Shown here: one piece after another, positions 46,255 to 56,903 of the stretch
How the letters are laid out: the number at the start of each line of letters is the position of its first letter
Position numbering within the stretch: position 1 is the first letter of the stretch
NCBI GenBank assembly: GCA_963764165.1
Contig: CAVXRD010000002.1
Location: 1,248,001-1,312,000 of the forward strand
Direction: 5' to 3'
Length of the DNA: 64,000 nt
From: an uncultured Verrucomicrobiae bacterium
GTDB lineage: Bacteria; Verrucomicrobiota; Verrucomicrobiia; Limisphaerales; Palsa-1400
Made by a program: the position numbers and the translations under genes
The notes under the pieces: model-generated
The model's input: the letters and a program-made list of their open reading frames with translations, nothing else
What the model was told of the DNA's origin: nothing
Database searches by the model: none

Positions 46255-48774
46255 TTAAGCGCGGGCCTTGACACCGTTCGGAATTTCCTCAGCCGCCACC
46301 GGTGCGGCAATCTTCGGGCGTTCGCCCTTGTGCCACCACAGCACCAGCGCGCTGGCAATGTAAATGCTGGAATACGTTCCCGTGAGGATGCCGACCAGGA
46401 AGGTGAAGGCGAAGTCATTAATCACGCCGCCGCCGAAGATGAACAACATCAACGTCGCGATAAACACCGTGCCGCTCGTGATCAAGGTTCGGCTCAAGGT
46501 CTGGTTGAGCGCGATATTCATCACGTCTTTGAATGATCCGCGGATGCCGAGTTTCAAATCCTCGCGAATACGGTCAAAGATCACGATGGTGTCGTTAATC
46601 GAGAAGCCGATGATGGTCAGGATTGCCGCCACGATGGGCGCGCTGAATTGCCTGCTTGTCAAACAAAAGACGCCAATCGTCATCAGCACGTCGTGAATGA
46701 CGGCCAGCACCGCGCCGACGGAGAACGAGAATTCGTAACGGAGCGCGACGTAGAACAAAATGAAGAACAGCGAGAGGAACGAAGCGGTGACCGCGGATTT
46801 CAAAATCTCGTCGCCAACCACTGCGCCGACGCGATCCTGCCCGACCTTTTCAAAACCGGCGCTGGCAAATTTCTCTTTCAAAATCTTCACCACTTCCTCG
46901 CCCTTGCCGAACGGAGCGACCACTTGCAAGACATCGAGAGTGGCGCCGCTTTGATATTGCGGTTGGATTTCGCCAACCGGCTTCAGCGCTTCACGGATTT
47001 GGCCCACATCCACTTTCTGCTTGTAGGCGAGCCGCACGGCATCGCCACCCATGAAATCGATGCCCAGCGCCTGCGAGCCGCGGCCAAAGATGCCGTAGCA
47101 CACGCCAACCAAAATGATCGTCCAGGAAGCGATGAAGGCCGGTTTGGCCCATTTCATGAAATCCCAATTCTTGTTCGTGATCATGTGCATCATGCCGATG
47201 CGATTGAGCCAGCCCTTGTTGAGAAGGAAGTCAAAAATCAACCGCGTCATCACGAGGCTGGTGAACAAGCTCAAGGCCACGCCGATGGTCAGCGTCACGC
47301 CGAAACCCTTGACTGAACCGGTGCCGAAATAAATCAAGACGATGGCCGAAATCAGCGTAGTCGTGTGCGAGTCAAAAATAACTTTGAAGGCGCGGCTGTA
47401 GGCGGCGGAAATCGCGCCCCGAATGGATTTGCCTGTCGCCATTTCTTCACGCAGACGCTCGTAAATAAGTACATTCGCGTCGACGGCCATGCCGACCGTC
47501 AGCACGATGCCCGCGATGCCGGGCAGCGTCAGCGTGGTGCCAATGGAGCACATGACGCCCAGCAAAATGATCAGGTTCAGAACCATCGCGATATCGGCAA
47601 TCATGCCGCAGCGGTGATAGTAAACAGCCATGAAGAGCGCGACCGCCAAAGTTCCATACAGCGCCGCCTGGATGCCGCTGGAGATGGAATCTTTGCCGAG
47701 TGTCGGGTCGACCTGGCTCATCTGGTCAATCCTGACCGGAGTTTCGAGGGGGTTTTCCAGAACATTCGCCACCATGACGGCTTCGTCAAAATCCATGTTG
47801 CCGCCGGAAATTTCGCCGTTGCCGTAAATGCGGTCGCGGATCACCGGGGCGCTGTAAAGGGAACCGTCCAAGACGATAGCCAGGCGTTCGTTTTTGTGGG
47901 TTTCGGTGTAATCGGCGAATTTCTGCGCGCCGACGGTATCAAATTCAAACTCAATCACCGGTTCGCCGGTGGTTGGATTGCGGTTCGGCATCGCCCGCTT
48001 GATGTATTTGCCGGTCAATCCATTGGCCAAGCGCTTCTCGACAAGGTTCGTTTCGACGGATTCGCTGCCATCCCGGTTCTTGATTTTGAGCGTCATCAAT
48101 TGATCGCCCGGCGGGATGATGCCGTCTTTGAGCAGTTGAGGAGTTTCTGGATCAACACCACGAAATTCCAAGTAGGCCGCCTTTTGAATGCTTCTCGTGG
48201 CGTCCTCGATCCCCGCCTGCGACAAGCCGGGCAATTGAATCAAAATGTGGCTCTCGCCTTCCGGCTGGATGAGAGGTTCGGCCACACCGAGGCGATCCAC
48301 ACGGCGGCGCAGCACTTCGACCGCTTGTGAAATGGCGCGCTGGCGCGTATCCGAAGCAGAAACGTTGGTGCCCACTTGAATGTGATTCGTGTCCAGGCTG
48401 ACGCGGAATTCCGTGCCGCCCTGCAAATCTAGGCCCAGCTTGATTTTGCCGGCCGCCTTGCGTTGAAGAAGGTTCAGAATGGCGCGGTTGGGCGCTTCTT
48501 CGCTATGGACGTCGAAATTGGGGAACAACGGGCGAAGGTCGTTCGTTCCGGTCGCGGCCATCAAATCCGCGAATTCGCGGTGCGCGTCCGGGCTTTTTTT
48601 CTGAGCATCGCGGGCAGACTGGACGATTTTCTGGAACGTCGCCTCCGATTTGCCGGGTGTGGCTTCGTCGTTGAATTCGGCGATCAGGTCACGGTTGGAA
48701 GGCGGGTTCATTTCCCAGAGAGACCACGCGACCAGGAACACAATTAACGCCCACCACAACTTCGGCTTTTTCAT
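46255..48774 (-). CDS. secDF: fused protein translocase SecDF
   Basis: LGLDLQGG, GMAVDANVLIYER, GIDFMGG, GFSINDTIVIFDRIRE. Confidence 0.97.
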   Translation of the reverse strand: MKKPKLWWALIVFLVAWSLWEMNPPSNRDLIAEFNDEATPGKSEATFQKIVQSARDAQKKSPDAHREFADLMAATGTNDLRPLFPNFDVHSEEAPNRAILNLLQRKAAGKIKLGLDLQGGTEFRVSLDTNHIQVGTNVSASDTRQRAISQAVEVLRRRVDRLGVAEPLIQPEGESHILIQLPGLSQAGIEDATRSIQKAAYLEFRGVDPETPQLLKDGIIPPGDQLMTLKIKNRDGSESVETNLVEKRLANGLTGKYIKRAMPNRNPTTGEPVIEFEFDTVGAQKFADYTETHKNERLAIVLDGSLYSAPVIRDRIYGNGEISGGNMDFDEAVMVANVLENPLETPVRIDQMSQVDPTLGKDSISSGIQAALYGTLAVALFMAVYYHRCGMIADIAMVLNLIILLGVMCSIGTTLTLPGIAGIVLTVGMAVDANVLIYERLREEMATGKSIRGAISAAYSRAFKVIFDSHTTTLISAIVLIYFGTGSVKGFGVTLTIGVALSLFTSLVMTRLIFDFLLNKGWLNRIGMMHMITNKNWDFMKWAKPAFIASWTIILVGVCYGIFGRGSQALGIDFMGGDAVRLAYKQKVDVGQIREALKPVGEIQPQYQSGATLDVLQVVAPFGKGEEVVKILKEKFASAGFEKVGQDRVGAVVGDEILKSAVTASFLSLFFILFYVALRYEFSFSVGAVLAVIHDVLMTIGVFCLTSRQFSAPIVAAILTIIGFSINDTIVIFDRIREDLKLGIRGSFKDVMNIALNQTLSRTLITSGTVFIATLMLFIFGGGVINDFAFTFLVGILTGTYSSIYIASALVLWWHKGERPKIAAPVAAEEIPNGVKARA

Positions 48775-48797
48775 GCGACTTGCTTAAATTACGTAAA

Positions 48798-49238
48798 TTA
48801 AATTTTCACCTGGCTCGGCTCAAGAGCCTTGTCGGCGATCTTCTTTGGATCGTTTGGCTCGCCGCTCCGTTCAATGACTTCAAGGACGGAGGATTTCAGG
48901 ATTTCCAGTTTAGTATCAGCGGACCGGATGGAAAGTGTTTTATCTTTGATGCTCAAGACGACCCCAAGGATGCCGCTGCTGGTGACGACTTTGTCGCCCG
49001 GCTTGAGAGCCTTGAGAGTGGCTTCCTGTTCCTTGGCCTTCTTGCGCTGCGGGGCGATGAGCAGGAAATACATGCCCAAGCCAAAGATGACCATGAGGAA
49101 AAGACTGCGGATGCCGTCGCCAGTCGGATTTGGCACGGTCTGAGTCTGGCCTGTGGCGCCGCCAGGGTCGGCCGAGCCTTGGGCCCACAGTGATGGCTGG
49201 GCCATGGCGACGAGCAGGGCATAAAGTCTCACTTTCAT
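48798..49238 (-). CDS. yajC: preprotein translocase subunit YajC
   Basis: YFLLIAPQRKK, LKPGDKVVTSSGILG; adjacent to secDF. Confidence 0.95.
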   Translation of the reverse strand: MKVRLYALLVAMAQPSLWAQGSADPGGATGQTQTVPNPTGDGIRSLFLMVIFGLGMYFLLIAPQRKKAKEQEATLKALKPGDKVVTSSGILGVVLSIKDKTLSIRSADTKLEILKSSVLEVIERSGEPNDPKKIADKALEPSQVKI

Positions 49239-49340
49239 AAGTCGAGCCGCTCAATTTATGGATTCTGCCCCCGATAGCAAGCAAAAGTTTGGCCGCGAAG
49301 AGGAGCCGGTGATAGTGGAAGTGGGTGATGCGCATTTAGA

Positions 49341-49459
49341 CGAGCGCGGCTGTGTTCGACGGAGCGAAGCGACAGAGAACCAGCCGCAGCAAGGCGCGAT
49401 CAACAGGCGCGTGTGTCGGTACGACGCGCTGCGGCTGGTCTTCAACACAGCCGCGCTCG
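49341..49459. repeat. palindromic REP/MITE-like element
   Basis: Perfect 16-bp IR CGAGCGCGGCTGTGTT/AACACAGCCGCGCTCG with an inner 12-bp IR ACCAGCCGCAGC. Confidence 0.85.
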
Positions 49460-49701
49460 CCAAAAGGGCTGCATCCCTCATCCACTTCTAATCACACCCA
49501 GAGGATCACCGCAGACACTACAGTGGCACCTACGACCATTAGCCCTACTTTCGCAACATCGATTGCGAAACAAAACCGACGGCTGCATTGACTGCCTGCT
49601 CACGCGTGATAACTTCCTGAATGCGCCGGACTCAAATGCCAAATTCGGTGGCAGTTCTGGACGTAGTTTGGTCTGCCTTGGTTTTCTCGCGTCCGTTCAC
49701 C

Positions 49702-51009
49702 ATGACCCGTTTGGCACCACTTATTCTGGCGCAGGCATTGTTTTGCCTCTCTGCTTTTGCCGGTGAAACACCGAACGACGGCGCATCCCCAAATCGCGCC
49801 ATCCAATATCTGGTTGCCACCAACCTTCAGGATCCCGTCGCTGTGCTGCAGCGCCAGATCGCTGCCGGCAAAACCCAATTGAAATTCGACTCCTCGCGTG
49901 GCTACCTCCCGGCTCTGCTCGAAGCGCTCGGCGTGCAGCGATCATCCCAATGCCTGGTTTTCTCGAAAACAAGCTGCCAGGCGCACGAAACAAGCCCGCA
50001 GACGCCGCGCGCCCTCTACTTCAACGACGAAGTCAGCCTTGGATGGGTTCCCAACGGCACGGACATCGATGTGATTGCCATCGATCCGCGTGTTGGCCCG
50101 GTTTTCTACACACTTGAACAGAAGCCAGCAGCCGCGCCCCATTTCGAAGTGCGCGACGAATGCATGCGCTGCCACTTTGGCGGGCGCACGACATTCCTTC
50201 CCGAATTGGTGGTCCGGTCATTTTACACGGCTCCCGATGGCAAGCCCCTGTCGGGCGCCGCCAATTATGTCAGCCATGAATCGCCGCTGAGCGACCGCTG
50301 GGGCGGATGGTATGTCACGGGCAAACATCCGAACGAGCTTCATCTCGGCAATCTCTTCGTCGCGGATCGTTCTCAGATCGATCAGGTCGACCGGAGGCGC
50401 GGCGCGAACGTAACTGACCTTGGGCCGTACTTCGACACCTCGCGCTACCTTTCGTCCGGCAGCGATATCGTCGCATTGCTCGTGCTCGAACATCAGGCGC
50501 GCATGCAAAACCTGCTCACCTTCGCTTACGACGAGACCCGCCTTGCGCTGGAGGAAATGAACACCCCGCGCCAACCCGGCGCCATTGGAAGTCCAGATTG
50601 GCCGCGGGAACGCATTGCCCTGGCTGGCGAAAAACTCCTTCAATACATGCTCTTCCGCGAGGAAGCTGCTCTGCGCGGTCCTATTGAAGGCACCTCGGAT
50701 TTTGCAAGGCAATTCGCTCAGACCGGCCCGCGGACGGCGGACGGGCGCTCGTTAAGGCAGTTCGACCTGAATTCCCGATTGTTCAAATATCCGTGCAGCT
50801 ATCTCATTTACTCGCCGGCGTTTGATGCGTTGCAGGACCCCATGAAGGACTTCCTCTGGAAGCGCCTTGAGCAGATTCTTGCCGGCGAGGATCATTCCGC
50901 CGCCTATGCGACATTTGCGGCGGCGGACCGGGAGGCGGTGCTCCAAATTCTGCGCGAGACCAAATCGGAATTCGCGGCGTGGCTGAAGAAAAAGATCGCG
51001 TCGCGATAA
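49702..51009 (+). CDS. exported protein with a single CxxCH motif (putative c-type cytochrome)
   Basis: Signal peptide; CMRCH; VFSKTS, PRALYFND and RWGGWYVTG blocks. Confidence 0.75.
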   Translation: MTRLAPLILAQALFCLSAFAGETPNDGASPNRAIQYLVATNLQDPVAVLQRQIAAGKTQLKFDSSRGYLPALLEALGVQRSSQCLVFSKTSCQAHETSPQTPRALYFNDEVSLGWVPNGTDIDVIAIDPRVGPVFYTLEQKPAAAPHFEVRDECMRCHFGGRTTFLPELVVRSFYTAPDGKPLSGAANYVSHESPLSDRWGGWYVTGKHPNELHLGNLFVADRSQIDQVDRRRGANVTDLGPYFDTSRYLSSGSDIVALLVLEHQARMQNLLTFAYDETRLALEEMNTPRQPGAIGSPDWPRERIALAGEKLLQYMLFREEAALRGPIEGTSDFARQFAQTGPRTADGRSLRQFDLNSRLFKYPCSYLIYSPAFDALQDPMKDFLWKRLEQILAGEDHSAAYATFAAADREAVLQILRETKSEFAAWLKKKIASR

Positions 51010-51163
51010 TCCGACCGGCGGAAGATAAGGTGGAAGACCCTGAGGTTAAAAACGTCCCTGGCCAATTTCATCCAGACGCCGGGTCCGGCCTAAAAAACGG
51101 CACTGACAAAAACCTTGCGGGCCGCGTGCCCCCGCGCGGCGCGTTATGCAATCCATGAATGTC

Positions 51164-51254
51164 AACAGAAGGACACAAAGCACACGAAGGAGGGCTGAGA
51201 ACTTGACCAAGGCATACCTTTTGTTCCCACTTCGTAACTTCGTGTCCTTCTGTT
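51164..51254. repeat. inverted-repeat element (AACAGAAGGACAC type)
   Basis: AACAGAAGGACACAAAG ... CTTCGTGTCCTTCTGTT. Confidence 0.75.
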
Positions 51255-51359
51255 AAAACCCCTCCCGTCCATCTTTTTAGCAAACGAAATTAGCCTTTTC
51301 CTCGAATAAAGAATGGCCTATACCGTCAGTACATGTCTCCCAATTGGAGCGAATTTTTT

Positions 51360-52748
51360 ATGAATCAAAACGAGACCAAGAGCCGGAACAGCGGGGCGAC
51401 GCGCCGCGAATTTATCAAGAAGTCGACACTCGCCGCGGCGGCGACGGCCGCCAGCGTCAATATGTTTAAGACGCCGGTCTACGGCCAGACCCAGGCTCCC
51501 GCTCCGAGCAGCGTGGTCGGGGCCAACAGCCGTTTGCGCGTCGGTTACATCGGGGTCGGCAACCAGGGCCAATTCCACGTCTCCAATCAAAAGGACAACG
51601 CCGGCGCCAACAACATCGAGCAAGTAGCCGTGTGCGATCTTTCCAAGACACGCGTGCAGCAAGCTGCCGCGCTGATCGGCGGCAACGTGAAGACGTTCGA
51701 GAATTACGAGGACTTGCTGGAGATGAAGGATCTGGATGCCGTCACCATCGCGACCTGCGACCATTGGCATTGCAAGACTTCAATCGCGGCCATGAATGCT
51801 GGCAAGCATGTTTATTGCGAAAAGCCAATGACCCGGTATTTGCCAGAGGCTTTTGAAGTTTACGACACTGTCAAGAAAACAGGAAAAGTTTATCAGGTTG
51901 GCTCGCAGGGTTGCTCGGCCAAGGCCTGGCACATGGCGGCGGATATGATCAAAAAGGGCGACATTGGCACCCCAGTCTGGGCCCAAGGTTACTACTGCCG
52001 CAACAGCAAGGACGGCGAATGGAATCTGCCCGTTCCCCCGTGGGTCAGCCAGCCAGGCGACCTCAATTGGGACAAGTGGCAGGCGCCGGTGAACGACAAG
52101 CTTAAGCTTGACCCGGAACGCTATATTCGCTGGCGCAAGTACTATTCGTATTGCGCCGGGTTGCTCGGCGATCTGGCGCCGCACCGTCTGCTGCCGCTCA
52201 TGCTGGCCACCAACAACACGGAATTCCCCAGCCGCGTCGTTAGCCTCGGCGCGAAAAATGTGAACGCGGATGCCGAAGAGCCCAATCCACGCCCGGTGCG
52301 CGATGTGCCGGAGCAGGTCGAAATCCTGGCCGAGTTCCCCAGCGGCATGACGCTGGTCATCGTCGTGAGCACCGTCAACGCCAAGTCGCCCGGCTTCGTC
52401 ATTTATGGCCACAAGGCTTCGCTGGAAATCGGCAGCCTCGGCGAGCGCATCCAGCTTATTCCCGAGAAGCCTTATTCCGATGATATCGATTTGGCCACCT
52501 TTGACGGGCTTTCTCCGACGGAAAACGTGCCGGATCACGAGAAAAATTGGTTTGACTGCATCCGCACCAACGGCGTGCCAAACGCCAACATCGACCTGGC
52601 CGTTCGCGCCCAAGTGGTCATCTCCCTCGCGGAAATGTCCAACCGCCTGAACATCATGTGCATGTGGGACGAGAAAACGCGCAAGGTCAAAAAGGCCGAT
52701 GGCTCGGAAATCGACCCCATCACGTATGGCACCCTTGAACCGTCCTGA
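51360..52748 (+). CDS. Tat-exported Gfo/Idh/MocA oxidoreductase
   Basis: TRREFIK twin-arginine motif, IGVGNQG, HVYCEKP. Confidence 0.93.
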   Translation: MNQNETKSRNSGATRREFIKKSTLAAAATAASVNMFKTPVYGQTQAPAPSSVVGANSRLRVGYIGVGNQGQFHVSNQKDNAGANNIEQVAVCDLSKTRVQQAAALIGGNVKTFENYEDLLEMKDLDAVTIATCDHWHCKTSIAAMNAGKHVYCEKPMTRYLPEAFEVYDTVKKTGKVYQVGSQGCSAKAWHMAADMIKKGDIGTPVWAQGYYCRNSKDGEWNLPVPPWVSQPGDLNWDKWQAPVNDKLKLDPERYIRWRKYYSYCAGLLGDLAPHRLLPLMLATNNTEFPSRVVSLGAKNVNADAEEPNPRPVRDVPEQVEILAEFPSGMTLVIVVSTVNAKSPGFVIYGHKASLEIGSLGERIQLIPEKPYSDDIDLATFDGLSPTENVPDHEKNWFDCIRTNGVPNANIDLAVRAQVVISLAEMSNRLNIMCMWDEKTRKVKKADGSEIDPITYGTLEPS

Positions 52749-52765
52749 TTTGGCGCAACGGCAAA

Positions 52766-52832
52766 GGTAGCGCAGGTTCCCAAACCTGCTGTATCGCCGG
52801 CTTCCAAGCGTGCATGCGCTGATTTGAAACTG
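52766..52832. repeat. GTAG-type REP-like hairpin (third family)
   Basis: GGTAGCGCAGGTTCCCAAACCTGCTGTATCGCCGG. Confidence 0.55.
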
Positions 52833-52880
52833 GCACACGAAACCGAAGCCGGCTAATCGCCGTCAATTACATCTTGCACG

Positions 52881-55370
52881 ATGAAGGTCACATATAACTG
52901 GCTCAGGCAATACGTCTCGTTCGATTGGACGCCCGAGGATTTATCGACGCGGCTGACGATGCTCGGCCTTGAGGTCGAGGGCGTCCAGAAACTTGGCGGC
53001 GAATTCGACGGGGTGGTGGTCGCCCAGGTCATCACCCGCGATAAGCACCCCAACGCGGACAAACTTTCCGTCTGCCGCGTCAATGATGGCAAAGGCGAGC
53101 GCACGATCGTGTGCGGCGCGCAGAATTTTCAGGCGGGCGACAAAGTCCCGCTGATTCTTCCAGGCCACACCCTGCCCCCGGTGCCAGGGGAGCCGCCCAT
53201 GACGATCAAGGTCGGGAAAATTCGCGGTGTCGAGTCGCAAGGGATGATGTGTTCGCCGGATGAATTGGGTCTCCCAGAAAAAATTGACGGGCTCCTCATT
53301 TTGCGTCCAGACGCGACCGTCGGCCAGCCGTTCGCGGAATATTTGGGACGCTCCGGCACGGATGTCATTTACGATTTGGAAATCACTCCGAATCGCCCGG
53401 ATTGGAACAGCGTCATCGGCATCGCGCGCGAAGTCAGCGCGTTGACCGGGCAGCCGCTCCGCCTGCCAGAAATAAAAATCAATCCGTCCCAACTGGCGGG
53501 TGAGGCGACGGAAAAAATGGTTTCGGTTCGCATCGAGGATTCTGAGTTGTGCCCGCGCTACACGGCGCGCCTCGTGCGCGGCGTGAAAATTGGCCCCAGC
53601 CCGGATTGGCTGCGCGCAACGCTGGAAAAATCCGGCATCCGCTCGATTAACAATGTTGTTGACGTCACGAACTTTGTGATGCTGGAAATCGGCCAGCCGC
53701 TGCATGCGTTTGATTTTCGTTTGTTGGGAGAGAATCCGGCTATCGTCGTTCGCCGCGCCACCGAGGGCGAAAAATTCGTCACGCTCGACGGCAAGGAACG
53801 CGTGTTAACGGACAAAATGCTTTTGATCGCTGACAACTCGAAGGGAATTGCCCTGGCCGGAATCATGGGCGGGCAGAACAGCGAAATTCGCCCGGAGACG
53901 ATGGACGTGTTGATCGAAAGCGCGTCTTTCAAACCGCAAAACATTCGCGCCACTTCGAAGAAATTGGAATTGCGCACCGATTCGTCCTACCGCTTCGAAC
54001 GCGGCTCTGATGTTGGCATTTGCGATTGGGCAAGCCGCCGCGCCGCCCAGCTTATTCTCGAAACCGCTGGCGGCATGTTGTTGGAACCCGCCATCGACGC
54101 CTTCCCCGCCCCGCCGGAGCCAAAACAAATCGCGCTCCGGATTTCCAAAACTGCGGAATTACTCGGTGTTGAAATTCCGGCCGAGACGCAAATTCAATTC
54201 CTGAAAAAGCTTGGTCTGGAATATGCCGGCGACGAGGTGACGCATGACGCGGATCCGCTTTTGTCTTCGGGTCTCCACCAAGAAACCGAGACGCCTCATT
54301 CGAAGCCATCCTTTCGCATCCCCACCTTCCGAGTAGACCTAAAACACGAGGCCGATCTAATCGAAGAAATCGGCCGCCTCTACGGAGTCGACAAAATTCC
54401 CGCCACTGCGCCACGCGGAGCCATCGGTTCCAACGCCTATGACTCGGTGCATGACCAGTTGGGCGAGGCGCGCCGCATTCTTTCCGCGCTCGGACTTTTC
54501 GAAGCGCAAGGGCAGACGCTCATTTCCAACACCGCGGCGGGGATGATCGCCACCCCGGCGCAAATCGCCGCGCTGCAATATCCGCTGAGCAGCGATATGA
54601 ACGTCCTTCGGCCCAGTTTGATGCCCGGTTTGCTTGACAGCTTGCGCCACAACGTCAGTCATAAAAACGCCGATGTGGCTTTGTTTGAAATCGGACGCGT
54701 CTTCATTCAGAACGAGGGAAAAATCAAGGAAGAGCGCCGCATGGCCATTGCTTTGACAGGGAAGCGCCAGCCACTGTTCTGGTCTGGCGATGAGCGTGAC
54801 GCCAAGTTCGACGTTTACGATTTGAAAGGCATCCTCGAGGAATTCTTGGAGCAGTTCGGCATGCGCGGATTTTCATGGAGCAAGCGCGATCCCGCCAATC
54901 CGTTCTTTTTGGAATCTGGCACGGCTCAACTTGGAAAATTGACCATCGGCGAATTTGGGATGCTCTCCCCGCTGTTGCAGAAGTGCTACGATCTGCGCGA
55001 CGGCACGTTCCTGGCCGAATTCAATCTGGATCTGATTCTCTCGAAACGCGTTCCTTCGAAATCATTCAAAGCGTTGCCGTCGTTCCCATCGATTCGCCGC
55101 GACATCGCGATGCTGGTGCCAGAAACGGTTTTGTTCGACGCCGTGCAGGCCGTTGTCAAACAAACGAAACCGGCCAACCTGGAGAAGACGGATTTGTTCG
55201 ATGTTTTCCGCGGTCAAAACATCCCGGCCGGGCAAAAGAGCCTGGCCTGCGCCTTCACCTATCGAAATGCCGAGCGCACCCTGACCGACGCCGAGGTCAA
55301 CACGGCCCACGCGCAACTGGTTGAGCAGTTGAAGCGCTCGCTCAATGCGACCATTCGCGATGCGGTTTAA
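52881..55370 (+). CDS. pheT: phenylalanine--tRNA ligase beta subunit
   Basis: [44 protein letters not shown]-terminal FDX-ACB domain. Confidence 0.98.
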   Translation: MKVTYNWLRQYVSFDWTPEDLSTRLTMLGLEVEGVQKLGGEFDGVVVAQVITRDKHPNADKLSVCRVNDGKGERTIVCGAQNFQAGDKVPLILPGHTLPPVPGEPPMTIKVGKIRGVESQGMMCSPDELGLPEKIDGLLILRPDATVGQPFAEYLGRSGTDVIYDLEITPNRPDWNSVIGIAREVSALTGQPLRLPEIKINPSQLAGEATEKMVSVRIEDSELCPRYTARLVRGVKIGPSPDWLRATLEKSGIRSINNVVDVTNFVMLEIGQPLHAFDFRLLGENPAIVVRRATEGEKFVTLDGKERVLTDKMLLIADNSKGIALAGIMGGQNSEIRPETMDVLIESASFKPQNIRATSKKLELRTDSSYRFERGSDVGICDWASRRAAQLILETAGGMLLEPAIDAFPAPPEPKQIALRISKTAELLGVEIPAETQIQFLKKLGLEYAGDEVTHDADPLLSSGLHQETETPHSKPSFRIPTFRVDLKHEADLIEEIGRLYGVDKIPATAPRGAIGSNAYDSVHDQLGEARRILSALGLFEAQGQTLISNTAAGMIATPAQIAALQYPLSSDMNVLRPSLMPGLLDSLRHNVSHKNADVALFEIGRVFIQNEGKIKEERRMAIALTGKRQPLFWSGDERDAKFDVYDLKGILEEFLEQFGMRGFSWSKRDPANPFFLESGTAQLGKLTIGEFGMLSPLLQKCYDLRDGTFLAEFNLDLILSKRVPSKSFKALPSFPSIRRDIAMLVPETVLFDAVQAVVKQTKPANLEKTDLFDVFRGQNIPAGQKSLACAFTYRNAERTLTDAEVNTAHAQLVEQLKRSLNATIRDAV

Positions 55371-55395
55371 ACCCATGGCCATCTCGCATTCAATA

Positions 55396-55744
55396 AAGGT
55401 AGGGACGCCTCGCCGAGGCGTCCGGGGTGAGGCGTTGTTTCTGCGCAAGCAGGCAGCTTGTGACACAAATTTCTCCACGGAGCATTATTTCTCGCGGCTT
55501 CCGAAGCGCCGTAGGCGCGGCTTTGTAGAAAAGTCCCTAATACATACTAAAGCTCCGTCAGGAGCGACACTGGAGGCAATCAATCACGCTGGGCATGTGC
55601 CGCTCCTAACGGAGCTTGAAAACGTTACCGTGATCGTTTCTACAAAGGTGCCGCGCCTACGGCGCTTGGAGCCAACGCGGGGCGAAGAGTTTTGTTTCAA
55701 GCCCAAGCCTCGACCCGGACGCCTCGGCGAGGCGTCCTTACCTT
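55396..55744. repeat. main-family REP pair with an enlarged spacer containing a nested element
   Basis: Left arm 55396-55425; right arm 55715-55744. Confidence 0.88.
55504..55667. repeat. nested MITE-like palindrome
   Basis: Outer IR AAGCGCCGTAGGCGCGGC..TTTGTAGAAA; inner IR AAGCTCCGTCAGGAGCG/CGCTCCTAACGGAGCTT. Confidence 0.85.
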
Positions 55745-55769
55745 AATTGGAGGAGCAACCCAAAACAAC

Positions 55770-56900
55770 ATGCGCATCCTGATTGCAACCATTACCGCCG
55801 GCGGAGGACACTTGCAAGCAGCCTCGGCCCTGCACGAAGCGTGGACGCAGGCGCACCCGAAGGATACCATTGAGAAAATCGATCTCCTGTCGCTGTTCTC
55901 TCCCCTGCACCGCAAAATTTACAGCGAAGGCTACGTGAAACTGATCGCCCACGCGCCGGAAGTTTGGGGCATGCTTTTCAACAAGATGGATAATCCGAAA
56001 GTGGTGGGCCGCGTGACCCGCTGGAAAACCGCCCTCGGCTCCAACAGCTCCCGCAAATTTATTCGCCTTGTCAAAAAGTTCGAGCCGGACGCGGTTCTCT
56101 GCACTCATTATCTGCCCGTTGAACTTCTCGGCGCAGCGCGCAAAAAATGGCCCGGCACGCCCCCGCTGACGGTCAGCATCGTGACCGATTTTGAAGCGCA
56201 CGCCTTATGGATGGAGCCGCATGTCGACTTATATTGCGTGGCAGCGGAAGAAACGAAAGCCCGCCTGGTCGCGCGCGGAGTCTCCGCCGGCAATGTTCTC
56301 GCCACAGGCATTCCGATTTCCGCAAAATTCTCCTCAGTCATCAACACGGCGGAAGTTCGCAAACGCTACGGACTGCGCGATGATCTTCCTGTTTTGCTCG
56401 TGTTGAGCGGCGGATTTGGAATGGGGCCGGTGGCGGAGATTCTATCCGCCCTGGATCGACTCGAGCGGCCCTTCCAAACCATCGTGGTGGCTGGCCGGAA
56501 TGAGGAATTGCGGCGCGACATAGCCTCGCAGGATCGCAAGCACCCGACGCATGTCATTGGCTTCGCGACCAACATGCACGAGCTGATGGCGATTTCCGAT
56601 TTATTATTGACCAAGCCGGGAGGGCTGACCAGCTCCGAAGCGCTGGCGATGGGCAAGCCGCTGTTCGTGCTCAATCCCATTCCGGGACAGGAAGCGGCCA
56701 ACAGCGATTTCCTGCTCCAGCGCGGCGCCGCGGTGAAGGTCAACCGCATCGACGATATTCCATTTCAATTGGACCAATTGCTTGGTTCAAAAAAACTGAT
56801 GACAATGGCGCGCTCAGCCAAAGAGCTGGGCCGCCCCAATGCCGCCGCCGATATTTGCCGCGCTGTTGCCGCAAAATTGAGCGCGCGCGCCGCCAAATAA
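55770..56900 (+). CDS. MGDG synthase/UgtP-like glycosyltransferase (GT28)
   Basis: AGGGHLQAA, CTHYLP, VTDF, TKPGGLTSSEA, PIPGQEAAN. Confidence 0.9.
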   Translation: MRILIATITAGGGHLQAASALHEAWTQAHPKDTIEKIDLLSLFSPLHRKIYSEGYVKLIAHAPEVWGMLFNKMDNPKVVGRVTRWKTALGSNSSRKFIRLVKKFEPDAVLCTHYLPVELLGAARKKWPGTPPLTVSIVTDFEAHALWMEPHVDLYCVAAEETKARLVARGVSAGNVLATGIPISAKFSSVINTAEVRKRYGLRDDLPVLLVLSGGFGMGPVAEILSALDRLERPFQTIVVAGRNEELRRDIASQDRKHPTHVIGFATNMHELMAISDLLLTKPGGLTSSEALAMGKPLFVLNPIPGQEAANSDFLLQRGAAVKVNRIDDIPFQLDQLLGSKKLMTMARSAKELGRPNAAADICRAVAAKLSARAAK

Positions 56901-56903
56901 TGT

